This document shows positions 1-9,767 of a stretch of 24,247 bases of DNA, piece after piece (the first letter of the stretch is position 1; each line of letters begins with the position of its first letter). Origin of the DNA: a virus (Duplodnaviria; Caudoviricetes); IMG/VR virus record IMGVR_UViG_3300022930_000029, positions 1-24,247 of that record; one strand, written 5' to 3'. The translations under genes were made by a program, and so were the position numbers. Below the pieces are notes generated by a model, which was given only the letters and a program-made list of their open reading frames with translations, did not search any database and had not been told where the DNA came from.

Positions 1-2
1 TG

Positions 3-3000
3 GAAGGGATACATCCTACAACGGATGATACGATTTTCTATACAACGTCCAGCACAATAACCGAAAATAATGTAACAGGTGATGTTGTAAATCCGCGTAA
101 AAGGACAACACTTGAAAACATATTATCGGTAAGGCCGAGATATGACAGGATCAGGATACTTACATCTTCCAACAATTATCTTTTCAAATCCGGACTTACA
201 GCAAAAAAAGAAATAAACCTCCAACCGGTATTTAATCTGATGGGGGCTTTCCTGCAATGGCACAGTTCTGTGGCCAAGGAAGCGTTGTATAAATCACCAA
301 TAGCCACATCCAAATACAAAGGGTATATGCGTGACGAGGTTCAGCCCTTCGCCGCAAGGATGCTCTTCAATGACGGCACCTATTCCCCCAATTTTCCATT
401 GGTTGCAAGACCGGCAAGCACATTTCTGTACAACGATGAGCAGGTTTCCGAATTGGCAGAGGTAGAACCAACGGATTTCAACTATCAGTCCATAACTGCA
501 AATTCGCCCAACTGCTCTGCAAACAGCCGCACAAGAATCTGGCAGATATACAACACCGCAACAGTGGAGGGAGCATGTGATGATTTTACTGAAAACGGCA
601 CCATAATAACAGAAAATGATGTACAACAAGTATGTACTATCTCTGATGTGTCGACATTTACCGGTTTACAGACATCAGGATCACTTATAACCGGACAGGA
701 CTATATTATCTATATACTCAATGGCGGGGATGATTTTACAAATGTAGGATACCTTACACCGGGAGTGGCATTTACGGCAACAGGTACTACCCCGACAACT
801 TGGACAAACGGGACAGAGGTAAGACGTGCACTTGTTATAAATGTTGACGGTGCCTATACCAACCTGAAGGATTACATCAATGAGAACCTTATTGAAATAC
901 AAGATCCAACTTCCCCGCTTTACATAGAGGAGATAGCAGATTACCTTTCCGATCCTTATACCGGACAGAACTGTGATCCACCGTACAATGGAAATTGTGA
1001 TAACATTACACTTATAGATGAGTACAATTCCATAGGTGACGTTGACAATGATCAGGCAGACTTCATACCAAAACTGGAATCGAACTATACCCGCAGTAAA
1101 TACCCTGCCCCCTGCTTAATGTTTTCCCCAATAGCTGGAACAATAGTTGATGGCAACGAACAGGGACTCGACACATTCTTTATGGCTATATACATGGGAT
1201 GTCTTGCCAAGGCCTATAAAAGACAGGGTAACTTTGACAATGAGGATTGCGGGTATGCCCCGGATGTTTTCAACAATAATGACCCCTCAATGTCAGGTAT
1301 CGGTTATTATAATAACTACTATGGCGGGGATACTGCGGCAGATCTATTCCTTAATGATTATGATACAACCTGTACGGATGCAAATTACTATAATAAATTG
1401 CACAAAGGAGCCCTGTGGTTCCGTATAAACAGGAATCAACGGGAAGAAATGGTCTTTGAGATAACCAAGACATCAATATGTACCCTAACCGACCAGATTT
1501 CAAACGTACCCAAACTGAGGTACACTTTTTATGAGAATTGCAGTCCCGGAACACCAATATCCAATGTAAACACATTGGGTTGTGAAATATTTGATCCTTC
1601 TGTAGGTGTACTCAGGGTCATAACAGATTTTACAAATTTTCCGGACGATTATTTCTACGTTGCAATAGACGCACCTATAACGAACACCTTTGGTCTTACC
1701 AATACGGATGAATTTGAGGATTGCCCAATACCACCGTCTGGATATACGGAGAGATACAGGACGGCTCCTATATGCGGATGTTATTCAGTTTATACAAGAG
1801 ACACCGAATACAGTGGGGCAACAGTATCATTTAATGAGATATCTTTCAACAAAACCCAGACTTATGAGGCTGATTGCCAATATATACTTCCGAAGGTTTC
1901 AGATTGTGATCCCATACCTTATCAATATGGCAAGAGCGCATATTGGGAAAGCGAGGAAACCTATCCTGATAATCTGGAACTGTATGATTCTTCAAATCTG
2001 GTAATTGCACCGGAAGATATAGAGGGACTAAGCGATGTCCAGAAAGAACAATTTGAAGAGTATTTTACGTCCGGAGTCACTGCGGGAAATTATAACCTGC
2101 TTGCAGAGACAAATCTGGCATGCCAGCCCATAAGACATTTCAAGTTTCCCGATAACATCGTGTCATCCTTTATGAACACGCAGAATACGCTGCCGTTTTC
2201 AGAGAGCCTTATATTTCCCTTGGGTGTACATCTGGACAGCAGTGTAGTGAGGGTATTCCTTGACATTGCCCTAAAAAACAATCTCATAACACAAAAACAA
2301 AAGGATTCAATAGTCGGTTTTGAGATTATGCGCGGGGATAATTCGATACATAAGAGTATTATTTCAAATGCGCTGGCATACGATATGTTTGCATACCTTG
2401 ACGGAAGCCGTGTGACTTTTTATCCAAACTACCCACACAATGATCTGGGGATAGACCAACTGCACCTAACGGCACCCGGAGCCAGCCCGATACCCCACCC
2501 GAACAGTGCAAATTATAATACCAAATTTTCACTTATTTCACCGGAGTTTGCTTTTTCCAAACCGGCACTCCCAACAGAGATGTCAGTTTCAGGATACCAG
2601 TTTGGCAATTCCCGTGGATATTTCTATGAGGTGGACGAGCACTCGAAGATGACAATCCTTACATCAAAGGCAAAGGATTTGGCATTGCAATTGGCCATAG
2701 CTGAACAGGCACTTGAGGTTGCCTATAAAGCGGCGGATTTGACAGTAAACGGTATTGGGCAGACATTCATTCAGGCAGGTTTCGTAGTGGGTACAAATGC
2801 GATTGGGGTGGCAATATCTGCCATTGCCTTGGCCGCATATCTTACTGCCGAGGGAATAAACTCATTTGCAAAGGTTGGGCAATTCTCCTTACAGTGGCAG
2901 AAAACTTTCCGCGATCTGGGAAGCCCCAAGAATTTTGCAAGTGCTTTTGTATCCGAGGGCTACCAGAACAGATTTTTCAAGAATGATTCACAGGAGGATT

Positions 3001-5552
3001 ACCTTAGGGGGTTGTCAGTAAGAAAATATCTTAGGGACGGAAGATTCACTACAACCGACGAAAAAAACGGGGAAAGATACCAGATAAACAATTTCAGAAG
3101 AGAGGACAGCGTATTTGTAAGCACCGGACAGACATCTGTTGCCTATAACCGCATAAATTACCCTCTGGCTTATAAGAACTATGACAATAATACCAAAGGC
3201 TCCACAGTGGGAAGCAGACTCGTGGCAAGTCAGGCAAATTGTCCTTTCGGTACAAGCGGGGAAGTTGTAAGAAATGTGGCCAGTCCTTATGTAACCTTGA
3301 AGAATTACGTACCTTCCCAATATGGGAACATAGACTCAATAAAATGGCTCACCACCAACTATAAGGCCGACATCTTGGGTAACAGTTGCGAGATAGCCTA
3401 TGGTGGAACAGTATGTATTTCCAGATTTACTTGGAAAAGGAAGATGAGTATATTTTCAAACAATGCACTCAATACTGCCACAAAGGTACCTTTCAGTTAT
3501 ACCGACTATCCGAATGTTGGATTTCCTGTTTACTTCATCAATTATGAAAGCGATGATGAGGATAAGAGTATTGTAGGAGAACTTTTCCCGGATTTGAATA
3601 CCAACTTCATCCTTGATTGTTACAATACCAGCACATTCTACGTAAAGAAGCCAAGCAAGTTCTATCTCTATTATTATGGTATTGCAAACTTCCTGACAGA
3701 GAGTGAAATCAACTGCAATTTCAGATATTCAAACAAAGAGGCTAAAGACCAGTTCTGGCCAAATGCCGGTGACATGATAGATTTCACTCAGGAGAAGAAT
3801 GTCTCCATACGCGAACCAAACACGTTCAGATATAATACGGCCTACTCAATGCCTGTGATAAACACACCGTTTAAAACATTGGACAGGACTTACAGCAAAG
3901 AGGTATGGGATAAAAGGAACGATGCACCGAATGGAACAATATATTCATTGCAGGATAACAGCGAAAATGACCTTGTAGATCCGTGGAGAATATTCAGGCC
4001 TTTGGACAGATATGAATTCCCTACCAAGTATGGAAGGCTTATTGACTTAAAAGATTTGGAGTCTGCACAGATACTTGCAAGATTTGATAACCAGATGGTT
4101 ATATTCAACGCCGTAGACAACCTTGCCTCGGAATTATCACCGGTAGCCGTAGAAATAGGAACAGGGGGAATATTCTCCAAAAGACCATTGGAATTCAAGG
4201 CAACCGACTTGGGATACTCAGGTACACAGACACGCGAGATGGTTAGCACACCTTATGGACACTTCACCGTGGATGCAAAACGCGGCGGCATATTTCAGCT
4301 TGACCAGAACGCCAAACAATTGCAGCCAATCTCGGACATGATAAATAACGAGGACAGTGGGATGAAAAACTGGTTCCGCGAACATCTCCCGTTCAAACTT
4401 TTGAAACAATTTCCGCAGATAAATATTGACAACAAATTCAAGGGAATAGGAATCTCTATGGGATGGGATGCCAGATTTGAAAGGGTATTCATAACCAAAA
4501 GGGATTACAGGGCTTTGGACACGGAGAACCTAAAATACTCAGATGATATAGGATTCTATATTGATCCTGATGTTTTTACCTGTGGCAGTGGATTTGACTA
4601 TAATCCGGATTCTGGAATGTGCGAACGCTCCATAGTCACACAAATGTGCCCGGATGGATATACATATGTAGACGGGGACTGTATCCTCGACGACGATACA
4701 ATTTCTGCTGAAGTCTGTGACCCTGCATGTACGATAGTCCCGGAATTGGATGGAAATGCAAATTGTGTATGCCTTGAACAGGAAGACCCGACAATTCTTA
4801 AACCACACATACCTATATATTTTGACAATACGGACTATTTTGAGGACTTGTCGTGGACTGTTTCCTACAAACCTTTGGAAGGTCAATGGAACTCTTATTT
4901 CTCCTTTAAACCAGATTATTACATAGCACACCAGAATTATTTTCAGGTGGGTGTGAATTACAGTGCATTCAATACGGATGAAGGAAAAGTGTGGTCACAT
5001 TTGCTTGTGAATTCCTATGGTGTATTCTTTGGCCGGAAATATCCTTGGATAATAGAGTATCTGCAAAAAACAGAACTTGTTCCGGGAATATTGAATGATA
5101 TTTACTTTAATCTTACGGCAAGAAGATACACAAATAATTTGTGGGATTACTCGCAGGAAAGAAATGTCGGGTTCAATAACATGACCATCTACAATAACAC
5201 AAATAATTCCGGTAGATTGAATCTTTTCCCGCAAAATAAATTCAACAGACGAGAAAATTTCCCAAGGAAGAACGGAAATACCCAAGACATTCTATACACA
5301 GACTTGGATAACCGTCACCACATCAATTATTTCTACAATCGCGTTAAGAATCAGGACAACAGATTACCAATCTGGCTCAATGACAGGAACATGATTGAAA
5401 AGACCTTAAATTCAAACGCAATCAGTTTCACAGGCAAATCGGTTCTTGAAAGGATGCGAGGCGACTATTTTTATGTAAGGCTGGAACAAAATGCAGAGAC
5501 CAGATACAAATTCAACTTCACATTCTCAATCCAAGATAAAACCAATTACTGA
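3..5552 (+). CDS. Tail muzzle / stabilisation-type structural protein (crAss-like, P22 gp10-related), 5'-truncated
   Basis: The frame of the 240..5552 ORF is open back to position 3 (EGIHPTTDDTIFY...LQPVFNLM), so the true start lies upstream. Motifs GYMRDEVQPF, STPYGHFTVDAKRGGIF, SWTVSYKP..GQWNSYFSFKP and C-terminal RMRGDYFYVRL resemble crAss-like muzzle proteins as I recall them. Position just before the cargo genes fits. Not confirmed by HMM. Confidence 0.72.
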   Translation, partial: EGIHPTTDDTIFYTTSSTITENNVTGDVVNPRKRTTLENILSVRPRYDRIRILTSSNNYLFKSGLTAKKEINLQPVFNLMGAFLQWHSSVAKEALYKSPIATSKYKGYMRDEVQPFAARMLFNDGTYSPNFPLVARPASTFLYNDEQVSELAEVEPTDFNYQSITANSPNCSANSRTRIWQIYNTATVEGACDDFTENGTIITENDVQQVCTISDVSTFTGLQTSGSLITGQDYIIYILNGGDDFTNVGYLTPGVAFTATGTTPTTWTNGTEVRRALVINVDGAYTNLKDYINENLIEIQDPTSPLYIEEIADYLSDPYTGQNCDPPYNGNCDNITLIDEYNSIGDVDNDQADFIPKLESNYTRSKYPAPCLMFSPIAGTIVDGNEQGLDTFFMAIYMGCLAKAYKRQGNFDNEDCGYAPDVFNNNDPSMSGIGYYNNYYGGDTAADLFLNDYDTTCTDANYYNKLHKGALWFRINRNQREEMVFEITKTSICTLTDQISNVPKLRYTFYENCSPGTPISNVNTLGCEIFDPSVGVLRVITDFTNFPDDYFYVAIDAPITNTFGLTNTDEFEDCPIPPSGYTERYRTAPICGCYSVYTRDTEYSGATVSFNEISFNKTQTYEADCQYILPKVSDCDPIPYQYGKSAYWESEETYPDNLELYDSSNLVIAPEDIEGLSDVQKEQFEEYFTSGVTAGNYNLLAETNLACQPIRHFKFPDNIVSSFMNTQNTLPFSESLIFPLGVHLDSSVVRVFLDIALKNNLITQKQKDSIVGFEIMRGDNSIHKSIISNALAYDMFAYLDGSRVTFYPNYPHNDLGIDQLHLTAPGASPIPHPNSANYNTKFSLISPEFAFSKPALPTEMSVSGYQFGNSRGYFYEVDEHSKMTILTSKAKDLALQLAIAEQALEVAYKAADLTVNGIGQTFIQAGFVVGTNAIGVAISAIALAAYLTAEGINSFAKVGQFSLQWQKTFRDLGSPKNFASAFVSEGYQNRFFKNDSQEDYLRGLSVRKYLRDGRFTTTDEKNGERYQINNFRREDSVFVSTGQTSVAYNRINYPLAYKNYDNNTKGSTVGSRLVASQANCPFGTSGEVVRNVASPYVTLKNYVPSQYGNIDSIKWLTTNYKADILGNSCEIAYGGTVCISRFTWKRKMSIFSNNALNTATKVPFSYTDYPNVGFPVYFINYESDDEDKSIVGELFPDLNTNFILDCYNTSTFYVKKPSKFYLYYYGIANFLTESEINCNFRYSNKEAKDQFWPNAGDMIDFTQEKNVSIREPNTFRYNTAYSMPVINTPFKTLDRTYSKEVWDKRNDAPNGTIYSLQDNSENDLVDPWRIFRPLDRYEFPTKYGRLIDLKDLESAQILARFDNQMVIFNAVDNLASELSPVAVEIGTGGIFSKRPLEFKATDLGYSGTQTREMVSTPYGHFTVDAKRGGIFQLDQNAKQLQPISDMINNEDSGMKNWFREHLPFKLLKQFPQINIDNKFKGIGISMGWDARFERVFITKRDYRALDTENLKYSDDIGFYIDPDVFTCGSGFDYNPDSGMCERSIVTQMCPDGYTYVDGDCILDDDTISAEVCDPACTIVPELDGNANCVCLEQEDPTILKPHIPIYFDNTDYFEDLSWTVSYKPLEGQWNSYFSFKPDYYIAHQNYFQVGVNYSAFNTDEGKVWSHLLVNSYGVFFGRKYPWIIEYLQKTELVPGILNDIYFNLTARRYTNNLWDYSQERNVGFNNMTIYNNTNNSGRLNLFPQNKFNRRENFPRKNGNTQDILYTDLDNRHHINYFYNRVKNQDNRLPIWLNDRNMIEKTLNSNAISFTGKSVLERMRGDYFYVRLEQNAETRYKFNFTFSIQDKTNY

Positions 5553-6574
5553 TGCCGAGTTTCCAACATGCAATAGAGCAAAAACAAAAAGCCGAGAGAG
5601 CCTTCAATTATTTTCTTGATAAAGGTTATACACCTGCTCAGGCAAGCGGACTTGTGGGTAATTTTATTCATGAATCAGGACTGTCAACCACTATTGAGGG
5701 AGATAAAGGTTATAAAGGCGGAAACTCACATGGGATTGGCCAATGGAGACAGGATAGGCTTAAAAGGCTTAAAAATACTTACGGTGATAAATGGGATGAT
5801 TTTGACAACCAACTTGAATTTGTAGTCACTGAGCTTAACACAACCCACAAAAAAGCTAATCAAAAACTTCTCGCTGCAACCACTGCATACGATGCAGGTG
5901 AAGCCATTTCGGACAGTTTTGAGGTACCTGCCATAAAATACAAAGACAACAAAGATCGTCAAAAAAGAGTCGAAGATGTATTTACAGCATTCACCAATTT
6001 GCCGGATAGGAAAGAATCAACTAATATTGCACTATATTCCGCAAAAGAGTACACAGAACCACCAACAGAAAACAAGGAAGTAGCTCAGGCACAACAGGTA
6101 ATATCCGAGAAGCAAAATGAGGAGGCATTCATTCAGGAATATATAAACAGCCAGAACCAGATCGCCTTACAGAATCAGGAGCAATATCAACCCATGCAAC
6201 AGGCTCCGGTGTTACCTTTCGGACAAAATATATTAAACAAATATCAAGATATACAAAACTTTTTTCCACAAATTCAGATGCAGAAAGGGGGAGAAGTGAA
6301 GAAAGCCTACAATCCGAATCTTGCCAATAATGTCGATTTTCAAAACTGGTATATAAAAAACACAATCGAAGGTAAAAATAGCATATCTTATTCTGAAAAA
6401 GGTGATTATGATTATCTCTCTTTTTATATGAATGGCGATTATAAAAATTATACAGGAGGACATTTCCCTGATACATATAAACGTCCAAATCATCAGACGT
6501 TTTCAAATGAATCCATTTATTCAACTCCAAAAAATCCCGGCGGAAAATGGCAGGGACAAACTTATATCCCATGA
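5552..6574 (+). CDS. Virion-associated lysozyme (Phage_lysozyme2 / tail-lysozyme-like N-terminal domain) with Q-rich linker and unknown C-terminal domain
   Basis: aa ~14-145 read AFNYFLDKGYTPAQASGLVGNFIHES...GIGQW...R...NQLEFVVTEL...FEVP...R, the tail-lysozyme pattern with putative catalytic E41. Start overlaps the upstream stop (TGATG). Confidence 0.85.
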   Translation: MPSFQHAIEQKQKAERAFNYFLDKGYTPAQASGLVGNFIHESGLSTTIEGDKGYKGGNSHGIGQWRQDRLKRLKNTYGDKWDDFDNQLEFVVTELNTTHKKANQKLLAATTAYDAGEAISDSFEVPAIKYKDNKDRQKRVEDVFTAFTNLPDRKESTNIALYSAKEYTEPPTENKEVAQAQQVISEKQNEEAFIQEYINSQNQIALQNQEQYQPMQQAPVLPFGQNILNKYQDIQNFFPQIQMQKGGEVKKAYNPNLANNVDFQNWYIKNTIEGKNSISYSEKGDYDYLSFYMNGDYKNYTGGHFPDTYKRPNHQTFSNESIYSTPKNPGGKWQGQTYIP

Positions 6575-9500
6575 ATAACTTCATAAACACCACCGGATAC
6601 ACAAAGGGCTCCAAAACAGAGGAAAACCCTTTCAACATAATTCCTTCAAACAACATCACCATGAAAAAAGTCGATCAGCCTTTATACGCAATTCCTTATT
6701 ACAACGGACAGCCCGGAGAGATGATATTGATGGAAAGCGGTAAAAATTATGATTTTTCCGGCGCGGATTACGTGATGGAAATCCCGGCCAAGGATAAGAT
6801 GCAATTCGGCGGATACATAGGAACGACACAATACGGCAATAATGGAAATACGTGGTATAATGGAAATAATCCTTATTTCAGCACATCGCCCGGAGGCGCG
6901 GGACAACAGAATCCCCAGACTTGGGATACGTGGGCAGGAAGTCCGGAGGGGCAATCTTGGCAGAATACACCGTCACCATCCGTAAACCAGAGTACAGGAA
7001 TGTATCCGGTAAACGAACCAACTTATAATCCGCAGATACAAAGCGGACTTCCATATTCAGCACCGGCACCAAATATCCCACAGAATAACCAGATGGTTGG
7101 CGCGGAAACTCCAACACAAGGAAGCTCGCAAAACATTCTAAATTTTAGCCAATGGCAAAATCAGGGGAGTGGACAAATGTTTAATCCCTATGCAACAAAT
7201 TCACCAGACATGGAATCTTCAGGATTCAGATTCGGGGAAAGTATAGGACAAAAAAACGGACTCGGTGCAGCTTTGGCAGGAAGTCAAGTTATGCTTGGAA
7301 TGAGTAGAAACATATTGTCCGGCCTTGCAACAGGCAAAGCGTCAAGGGAAGCCTATGACGAGTACCGTAAAAAACAATTCAGCGAAAACAATAATTATAA
7401 TCAGGTTTTAAAAAATGGTGGCATGATACACCCAATACCTAAGAGACCAATGCAAAACGGCGGAACTATTGAGGATTTTAAGAACGCTGAAAGAGCCGAT
7501 TTAAATACGTTCAACTCAGTACCTCAATATCAAGGAGATGTTATCAGGCATGAACAATATCCTTATACATCAATGCCAAGTGTTCCTTCTACAAACCCTT
7601 ATGCAAACGTTACAATACCAAATATTTATCCAAATGCTGTGATGCCAAAATCGTATAAGGTTAGCGAAAGACATCATGGAAGTGACTATTCGACGGATTA
7701 TGTCGTTTCAGATCCTGCCAATATCGGAACAGACCAGAACCGATCACAAGTTGTTACACCAATTTATCAAAAAGGCGGGGAAGTTACCAATGCCCACGCA
7801 TTGACGGGAGAATATGTCTTACCAGCAGTTAATACAACGCCTAGCACCGTGGAGATGGAAAAAAATGAGGTAATTAAAAATCCTGACCAGAGTGTGCAAA
7901 CCGTAGCCGGAGAAAAACACAAAGATGGGGGAACAGATGTAAATGCAGAAGATGGTACACAAGTTATCTCAGATTTCTTGAAAATCGGAGGGAATAATGC
8001 AAGACATTTCAGGAAGGAATATGACATTGACGTTAAGGCCACCGACACCTATGCAAAAGTAATAGACAAATATTCCAAAAAAATCGGGTTAAAGAAAACA
8101 ATTGATGAGGAGGCAGAACTCTTGACTGAAGTTGAAACTCAATTGCAGAAAGAGGAAAGTGATACTACCCGATTGAATCTTGACTTCCTGTCCGGAAAAT
8201 TAACAGAGATTAGCGAAAAGAAAATCCCTTTGGAAGAAATGAGAAAACTTGCATTTGATGATGTATTTAATCGTCAGGAGAAAGTAGACAAAAAAGAAGA
8301 TACTGATAATAATGAAATGCAAATGGGAGGAATTGCAACCAAATACGGGGTCTCTCTGGATAAGGCAAAAGAACTCGTTGCAAAACACAGAGGTACTATG
8401 CAGACGGGAGGAACAGTACCATTTTTCACACCAAGTCAATACGCACAGCCGGATTATCAAAATCAACCGTTCGTTGAGGGACTATCAACTGTTTCCGGAA
8501 GTATAGGTGATTATGATGGATTAGTTGCACGTATGAAAGCACAGCAGCAATACCTTCCAAATGTAGTGAATAATTCAGGCATATTGGATGCCGAGGGAAA
8601 AGTGGCACTCAATAATATTCAGGCATTCCAGAAAAATTATAATGATTACGGAACCGCCGCAAACATTGCCTCAGAAATTAATCCTTACCTCACACCAGAG
8701 CAGAAAGCAGCCTATGCTAAAACGGTTCAGGATGAAATATTCACCGAACAGGGAGTAAGAGGTTTTGACGGAATCTATGGTGATTTTACATCTTCAAGGG
8801 GAGCCTTTACCTTACCATACTTCAAGCCAAGTGACAGGGCACAATTCCCGGACGTAAAAAGAGTCGGAGACTTGATCACACCAGAAGGGACAATAAAACC
8901 AGAATACGCAACACTTGATCCCGAAACACAGGCAGCAATACTTAAAGTAGCCGAATCAGGTAGCACTGCCTACGATATTGGTGTAGGGGATATTCCAGTG
9001 CCTGCACAATCAGATTTACCGGAAACATTACCACAGGCAGAAGCAGACGTTGCCAGAACCGAGTTCAATGGGGCGGGACTTAATATCCCACAATTGCCGG
9101 GAAGATACATTATGCCACCTAGCCCATTTCAGGTTCCATATAAGGGAGACGTAAGCCTGAGCAGGATAGATCCGGTAAAGGTTTCCATTGAGCCAAGCCT
9201 AGTAGAGGCAGAACGTCAAAGAATAGCAGCAACAGACAATCTTGGATTCCTTCCGGATTCACAAAGGGCAGCAGCAGTCTCCCAAATACTTGGACAGACT
9301 CAAGGTGTTACAAATCAGGCAATCTCTCAGGCAGAACAGGTAAATGCGCAGGCACAGAATCAGGCAAACATCTATAATGCGCAGATTACTGATAAGGAAA
9401 GCCTTTTGGATCTTGAAAATGCCTTGTCATATGAAGGACGTGTATTCGGCGGGATGAATGCCTATGAAAGAGATTTAAGAGGTTATTATAATGCAATGAA

Positions 9501-9711
9501 TGACCAGAATGCCGAAAATTTCAGATATGTCCGGGATACCAACCTGTTGAACCAGAGATTTGACAATTTCAAGACAGATGGCAGCAATGTGATATTCGCC
9601 GACGATGGTACCAGACTCAGTGTAGGGGGAGCCAATACGACACTCACCCCTCAGCAGAAAGCCGCGCTTGTCAAGCAATACAGCAAGCAACTGAAGAACG
9701 GCACAGCTTAA
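6571..9711 (+). CDS. Multi-module internal virion (cargo) protein with repeated [MYL][QK]xGG motifs, ~1046 aa
   Basis: Long ORF. Start placed at ATG 6571 because it forms an ATGA overlap with the upstream stop. Contains EMEKNEV...GEKHKDGG...ISDFLK, six xxGG motifs, Q/N/P-rich tracts, a C-terminal Q/A/N helical region and no Cys. Cargo role inferred from position after the muzzle-like gene. Confidence 0.6.
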   Translation: MNNFINTTGYTKGSKTEENPFNIIPSNNITMKKVDQPLYAIPYYNGQPGEMILMESGKNYDFSGADYVMEIPAKDKMQFGGYIGTTQYGNNGNTWYNGNNPYFSTSPGGAGQQNPQTWDTWAGSPEGQSWQNTPSPSVNQSTGMYPVNEPTYNPQIQSGLPYSAPAPNIPQNNQMVGAETPTQGSSQNILNFSQWQNQGSGQMFNPYATNSPDMESSGFRFGESIGQKNGLGAALAGSQVMLGMSRNILSGLATGKASREAYDEYRKKQFSENNNYNQVLKNGGMIHPIPKRPMQNGGTIEDFKNAERADLNTFNSVPQYQGDVIRHEQYPYTSMPSVPSTNPYANVTIPNIYPNAVMPKSYKVSERHHGSDYSTDYVVSDPANIGTDQNRSQVVTPIYQKGGEVTNAHALTGEYVLPAVNTTPSTVEMEKNEVIKNPDQSVQTVAGEKHKDGGTDVNAEDGTQVISDFLKIGGNNARHFRKEYDIDVKATDTYAKVIDKYSKKIGLKKTIDEEAELLTEVETQLQKEESDTTRLNLDFLSGKLTEISEKKIPLEEMRKLAFDDVFNRQEKVDKKEDTDNNEMQMGGIATKYGVSLDKAKELVAKHRGTMQTGGTVPFFTPSQYAQPDYQNQPFVEGLSTVSGSIGDYDGLVARMKAQQQYLPNVVNNSGILDAEGKVALNNIQAFQKNYNDYGTAANIASEINPYLTPEQKAAYAKTVQDEIFTEQGVRGFDGIYGDFTSSRGAFTLPYFKPSDRAQFPDVKRVGDLITPEGTIKPEYATLDPETQAAILKVAESGSTAYDIGVGDIPVPAQSDLPETLPQAEADVARTEFNGAGLNIPQLPGRYIMPPSPFQVPYKGDVSLSRIDPVKVSIEPSLVEAERQRIAATDNLGFLPDSQRAAAVSQILGQTQGVTNQAISQAEQVNAQAQNQANIYNAQITDKESLLDLENALSYEGRVFGGMNAYERDLRGYYNAMNDQNAENFRYVRDTNLLNQRFDNFKTDGSNVIFADDGTRLSVGGANTTLTPQQKAALVKQYSKQLKNGTA

Positions 9712-9716
9712 AAAGC

Positions 9717-9746
9717 AAAGCCCCCAGATACAAGGGGGCTTTTTTT
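9717..9746 (+). terminator. Intrinsic (Rho-independent) terminator
   Basis: AAAGCCCCC-agatacaa-GGGGGCTTT stem-loop running into a T7 tract (9740-9746), starting 6 nt after the TAA at 9711. Confidence 0.9.
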
Positions 9747-9767
9747 ATTCCACAAAAACTTATCAAT

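Noticed and set aside
6547-6570. Track start at 6547 for the 1054-aa ORF
   Set aside because: ATG 6571 forms an ATGA overlap with the upstream stop, matching the coupling seen at other junctions, so it is the likelier start.
6129-6662. 177-aa minus-strand ORF and the other short nested ORFs in the track
   Set aside because: They lie within or across long plus-strand CDSs and show no recognisable motifs.
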